Below are positions 59,969 to 64,000 of a DNA stretch of 64,000 nt, piece after piece. This stretch comes from Nereida sp. Lineage in GTDB: Bacteria; Pseudomonadota; Alphaproteobacteria; Rhodobacterales; Rhodobacteraceae. Location: contig NZ_CBFHHE010000004.1 of assembly GCF_965655635.1 (NCBI RefSeq), positions 30,158 through 94,157 of the forward strand. The letters run 5' to 3'. Position numbers and translations under genes: made by a program. The notes under the pieces were generated by a model, which was not told the origin of the DNA, searched no databases, and worked only from the letters and a program-made list of their open reading frames with translations. Every line of letters starts with the position of its first letter. The first letter of the stretch is position 1.

Positions 59969-62900
59969 GGTAAGCATCCCTTATCGCGTGGCTATCGTCA
60001 CGCTTGATCGCCATGCCGGCGGATCAATCGCGCGCGCCATGCCAAACTTGCGCGCTGACTTTCCAGGCCTTGAAGTGAGCGTTCACGCAGCTGCTGAATG
60101 GGGGGACAACCCAGAAGCACTTGCAACCGCACGTCACGACATCGACCATGCAGATATTATTGTGGGCAATCTACTGTTTCTTGAAGATCACCTGAAGGCG
60201 GTTTTGCCGAACATGATCGCGCGCAGACCTTCGCTTGATGCATTTGTTGGCGTGATTGCGGACCCAAGCATTACGAGCCTGACCAAGATGGGCGACTTGG
60301 ATATGTCCAAGCCGACCTCTGGCGCCATGGCCATCCTTAAAAAGCTCAAGCCAAAAACAGGTAAGCAGGCATCAGGCGAAGGCCAGATGAAAATGCTCCG
60401 CCGCCTGCCTAAAATTCTGAAGTTCATCCCCGGCAAAGCTCAAGATCTCCGCGCGTATTTTCTGTCGATGCAGTATTGGCTTGGTGGATCGGACGACAAC
60501 CTTGAGGCCATGCTGCGCTTCCTGGTAAGCCGGTACTCTGAAAATCGCGGTTGGAACGAGATTGAGGCCGCCGCCCCCATCGATTACCCCGAAGTTGGCC
60601 TGTACCACCCAGACCTTACAGGCACGAAAATCGTCACTGATCTTGCTGAATTGCCGCAAAGCGATGCAACTGCAACAGTCGGAATTCTGATGTTGCGCAG
60701 CTACATCCTGTCGGGGGATTGCGCTCATTATGATGCAGTTATCCGCGCGTTTGAAGCAAAAGGAATGCGCGTTATTGCGGGCTTTGCGGGGGGCCTCGAT
60801 GGCCGCCCCGCCATTGAGCAATACTTCGACGGTGTCGATACGATGGTATCGCTGACCGGTTTCAGTCTTGTTGGCGGCCCGGCCTACAACAACAGCAATG
60901 CCGCAATCGAGACACTTACAAAGCTTGATGTTCCGTATGTCGCTGCTCATCCGCTTGAATTTCAAACGCTGAGCCAATGGTCGTCTAGCGATGGTGGCCT
61001 TGGCCCCGTTGAAACGACAATGCTAATCGCCCTGCCCGAGATTGACGGCGCCACAAACCCCACAGTCTACGCAGGTCGCCACAGTGAAACGGGCTGTCAG
61101 GGCTGCGCGTATATGTGCAAAGCCAGTACCATCAGCAAAGCTATGGCACCGTGTCATGAACGCATTGATGTGTTGGCAGAAAAAGTGGCGCGGCTCGCTA
61201 ATCTGCGCCGTAAGGAAAACGCTGACAAAAAGATTGGCATTGTGCTGTTTGGTTTTCCACCAAACGCCGGCGCCGTTGGAACCGCCGCGTATCTGTCCGT
61301 ATTTGAGAGCCTTTTCAATACGCTGACAAAAATGCAAGCCAGCGGCTATGAGGTTGAGGTGCCCGCAGATGTGGACAGCCTTCGCACGATCGTTTTGCAG
61401 GGCAACAGCGGCCAATACGGTCAAGAAGCTAACGTTGCCGATCACGTTTCTGCCGATCATATCGTTGAGAACACGCCACCCCTAGCGGCCATTGAAAGCG
61501 TTTGGGGGCCCGCCCCCGGCAAGGTTCAATCAGACGGGCGCGGCGTATTCATCTTGGGCGCACATTTCGGAAACGTCTTTGTCGGTGTTCAGCCAACTTT
61601 TGGGTACGAAGGTGACCCGATGCGGTTACTCTTTGAAAAAGGGTTCGCCCCTACCCATGCATTCGCCCAATTCTACTTGTGGCTCCGCAACACATATCAA
61701 GCTGATGCTTTGCTACATTTTGGGATGCACGGCGCACTTGAATTCATGCCGGGCAAGCAAGCAGGTCTCGGCGCGCAGGATTGGCCAGATAGGCTTATCG
61801 GTGAGATGCCAAACGTCTACCTCTACGCATCGAATAATCCATCTGAAGCCACGTTAGCAAAACGTCGTAGTAACGCCGTAACCATTACGCATCTGACGCC
61901 ACCACTTGCCAAGTCTGGTCTCTATAAAGGCTTAAACGCCCTGAAAGATACGTTAACGCGGTACCGTGGCACTGCTAAGAACGATCCGTCACGCAGTGAC
62001 CTAGAGCAGTTGATCCGCGACCAAGCAAACGCTGTTGATATGAACGGGCGTGATCCTGAAAGCCTGTGGCTTAAGCTGCTTGAAACAGAACACGCGCTGA
62101 TCCCCGAGGGGCTCCATATCGTTGGCAAACCCATGTCTGATGCGGCGCGTCATGATCACGTTTCCACAATGGCTGATCAATCTTCTGAGGCTCGCGCGCG
62201 CGTCGATGCACTGCTGCAAGACGACACTGAGTTACCTGCGCTAATGCGTGCATTAAGTGCGCGCTATATTGCCCCTGTTGCGGGTGGTGATCTGATCCGT
62301 AGTCCCGATGTCCTTCCCACAGGCCGCAATATTCACGCGTTTGATCCGTTTAGAATGCCAACAGAATTTGCATTGCGCGACGGCCAAAAGCAGGCCCAAG
62401 TGTTGTTAGACGCTCAAACCGAACTTCCGCGCAGCATCGCGTTGGTGCTTTGGGGCAGCGACAATATCAAATCAGATGGTGGCCCGATCGCACAAGCCCT
62501 TGCTTTGCTGGGCGCAAAGCCACGCTTTGACAGCTATGGCCGATTGTCAGGGGCTGATCTTATTCCCCTCGAGAAGCTGGGGCGCCCACGCATTGATGTG
62601 GTTATGACCCTGTCTGGTATTTTCCGCGACCTGCTACCTTTACAAACCAAGATGTTGGCTGAGGCCGCCTATAAATGCGCAGCCGCAGATGAACCAACTA
62701 GCCAGAATTTTGTGCGTGCACATGCCCTGTCTTACGCAGAACAAATGGATGTTGATCTGGAAACCGCAGCACTGCGGGTCTTTTCCAATGCCAACGGCGC
62801 TTACGGTTCAAACGTAAACGCCCTGGTGGATGCCAGCGCATTTGATGACGAAGACGAGCTGGCCGACGCCTACGAGGCACGCAAGTCATTCGCCTACGGA

Positions 62901-63497
62901 ATGGACGGCAAGGCGGCGGCACAAGCAGAACTGCTCCAAAAGCAGCTTAAAGATGTGGATGTAGCCTATCAAAACCTTGAAAGTGTTGAGCTGGGTGTCA
63001 CCACCGTTGACCACTATTTTGACACCCTCGGCGGTATTGCCCGGGCGGTAAAGCGCGCCAAAGGCGGCGCTGAGCCAGCTGTATTCATCGGCGATCAAAC
63101 AATGGGTGATGCAAAGGTGCGCACCTTGTCTGAGCAAGTCGCCCTTGAGACTAGATCGCGCAGCCTCAACCCAAAGTGGTTCGAAGGAATGCTGCAGCAC
63201 GGACACGAAGGCGTGCGCCAAATTGAGGCGTGCGTAACGAACACGATGGGCTGGTCTGCAACGACCGGCCAAGTGGATGAATGGGTCTATGAACGGCTCT
63301 CTGAAACCTTCGTTCTTGACGACGCGATGCGCCAGCGGCTGGCGGATCTGAACCCGCAAGCTTCGGTACGCATGGCCAATCGCCTGCTTGAAGCAAGCGA
63401 CAGAAATTATTGGACCCCCGACGCGGAAACACTCGCCGCGCTGCAAGATGCGGCCGATGCGCTCGAGGATCAAATGGAAGGAATTGCGGCGCAATAG
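59958..63497 (+). CDS. bchH: Magnesium chelatase subunit H
   Basis: [41 protein letters not shown] and DHYFDTLGG motifs. Confidence 0.96.

Positions 63498-64000
<503 letters not shown>

Overview
Chromosomal-looking segment of a Rhodobacterales alphaproteobacterium (Roseobacter-like, probably an aerobic anoxygenic phototroph; taxonomy inferred from gene content and order). Left (1-12.9 kb): housekeeping and acyl-CoA genes (acyl-CoA dehydrogenase 5' end, two MerR regulators, two PaaI thioesterases, MATE, pyrD, DUF952, 5'-nucleotidase, tRNA-Gly, ABC exporter, acyl-CoA synthetase, mmsA). 13-16 kb: a rearrangement scar where gmd and a TetR-like gene are cut at one shared junction, an orphan 91-aa ORF and a lone betaine-type binding protein. 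16-38 kb: a sulfur block with persulfide dioxygenase, four YeeE/YedE genes, two exported rhodaneses, cytochrome bd and a soxSRT / soxV-YZ-BCDEF cluster. soxX and soxA are both absent from their two separate canonical positions, and soxW is also absent, while all remaining sox genes are intact. 38-50 kb: GcvT-family oxidoreductase, arylsulfatase and a LacI-controlled sorbitol/mannitol (smo) operon. 50-64 kb: one edge of a photosynthesis gene cluster (idi-bchP-pucC-like-bchG-ppsR-ppaA / bchFNBHL) with PpsR boxes. The top candidates for undescribed biology are the SoxAX-less Sox system with an apparently membrane-tethered SoxD, and a rhodanese-YeeE-Cys-microprotein operon. All family assignments come from motif recognition by eye; no database search was run. 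I saw no CRISPR array, rRNA, integrase or transposase.
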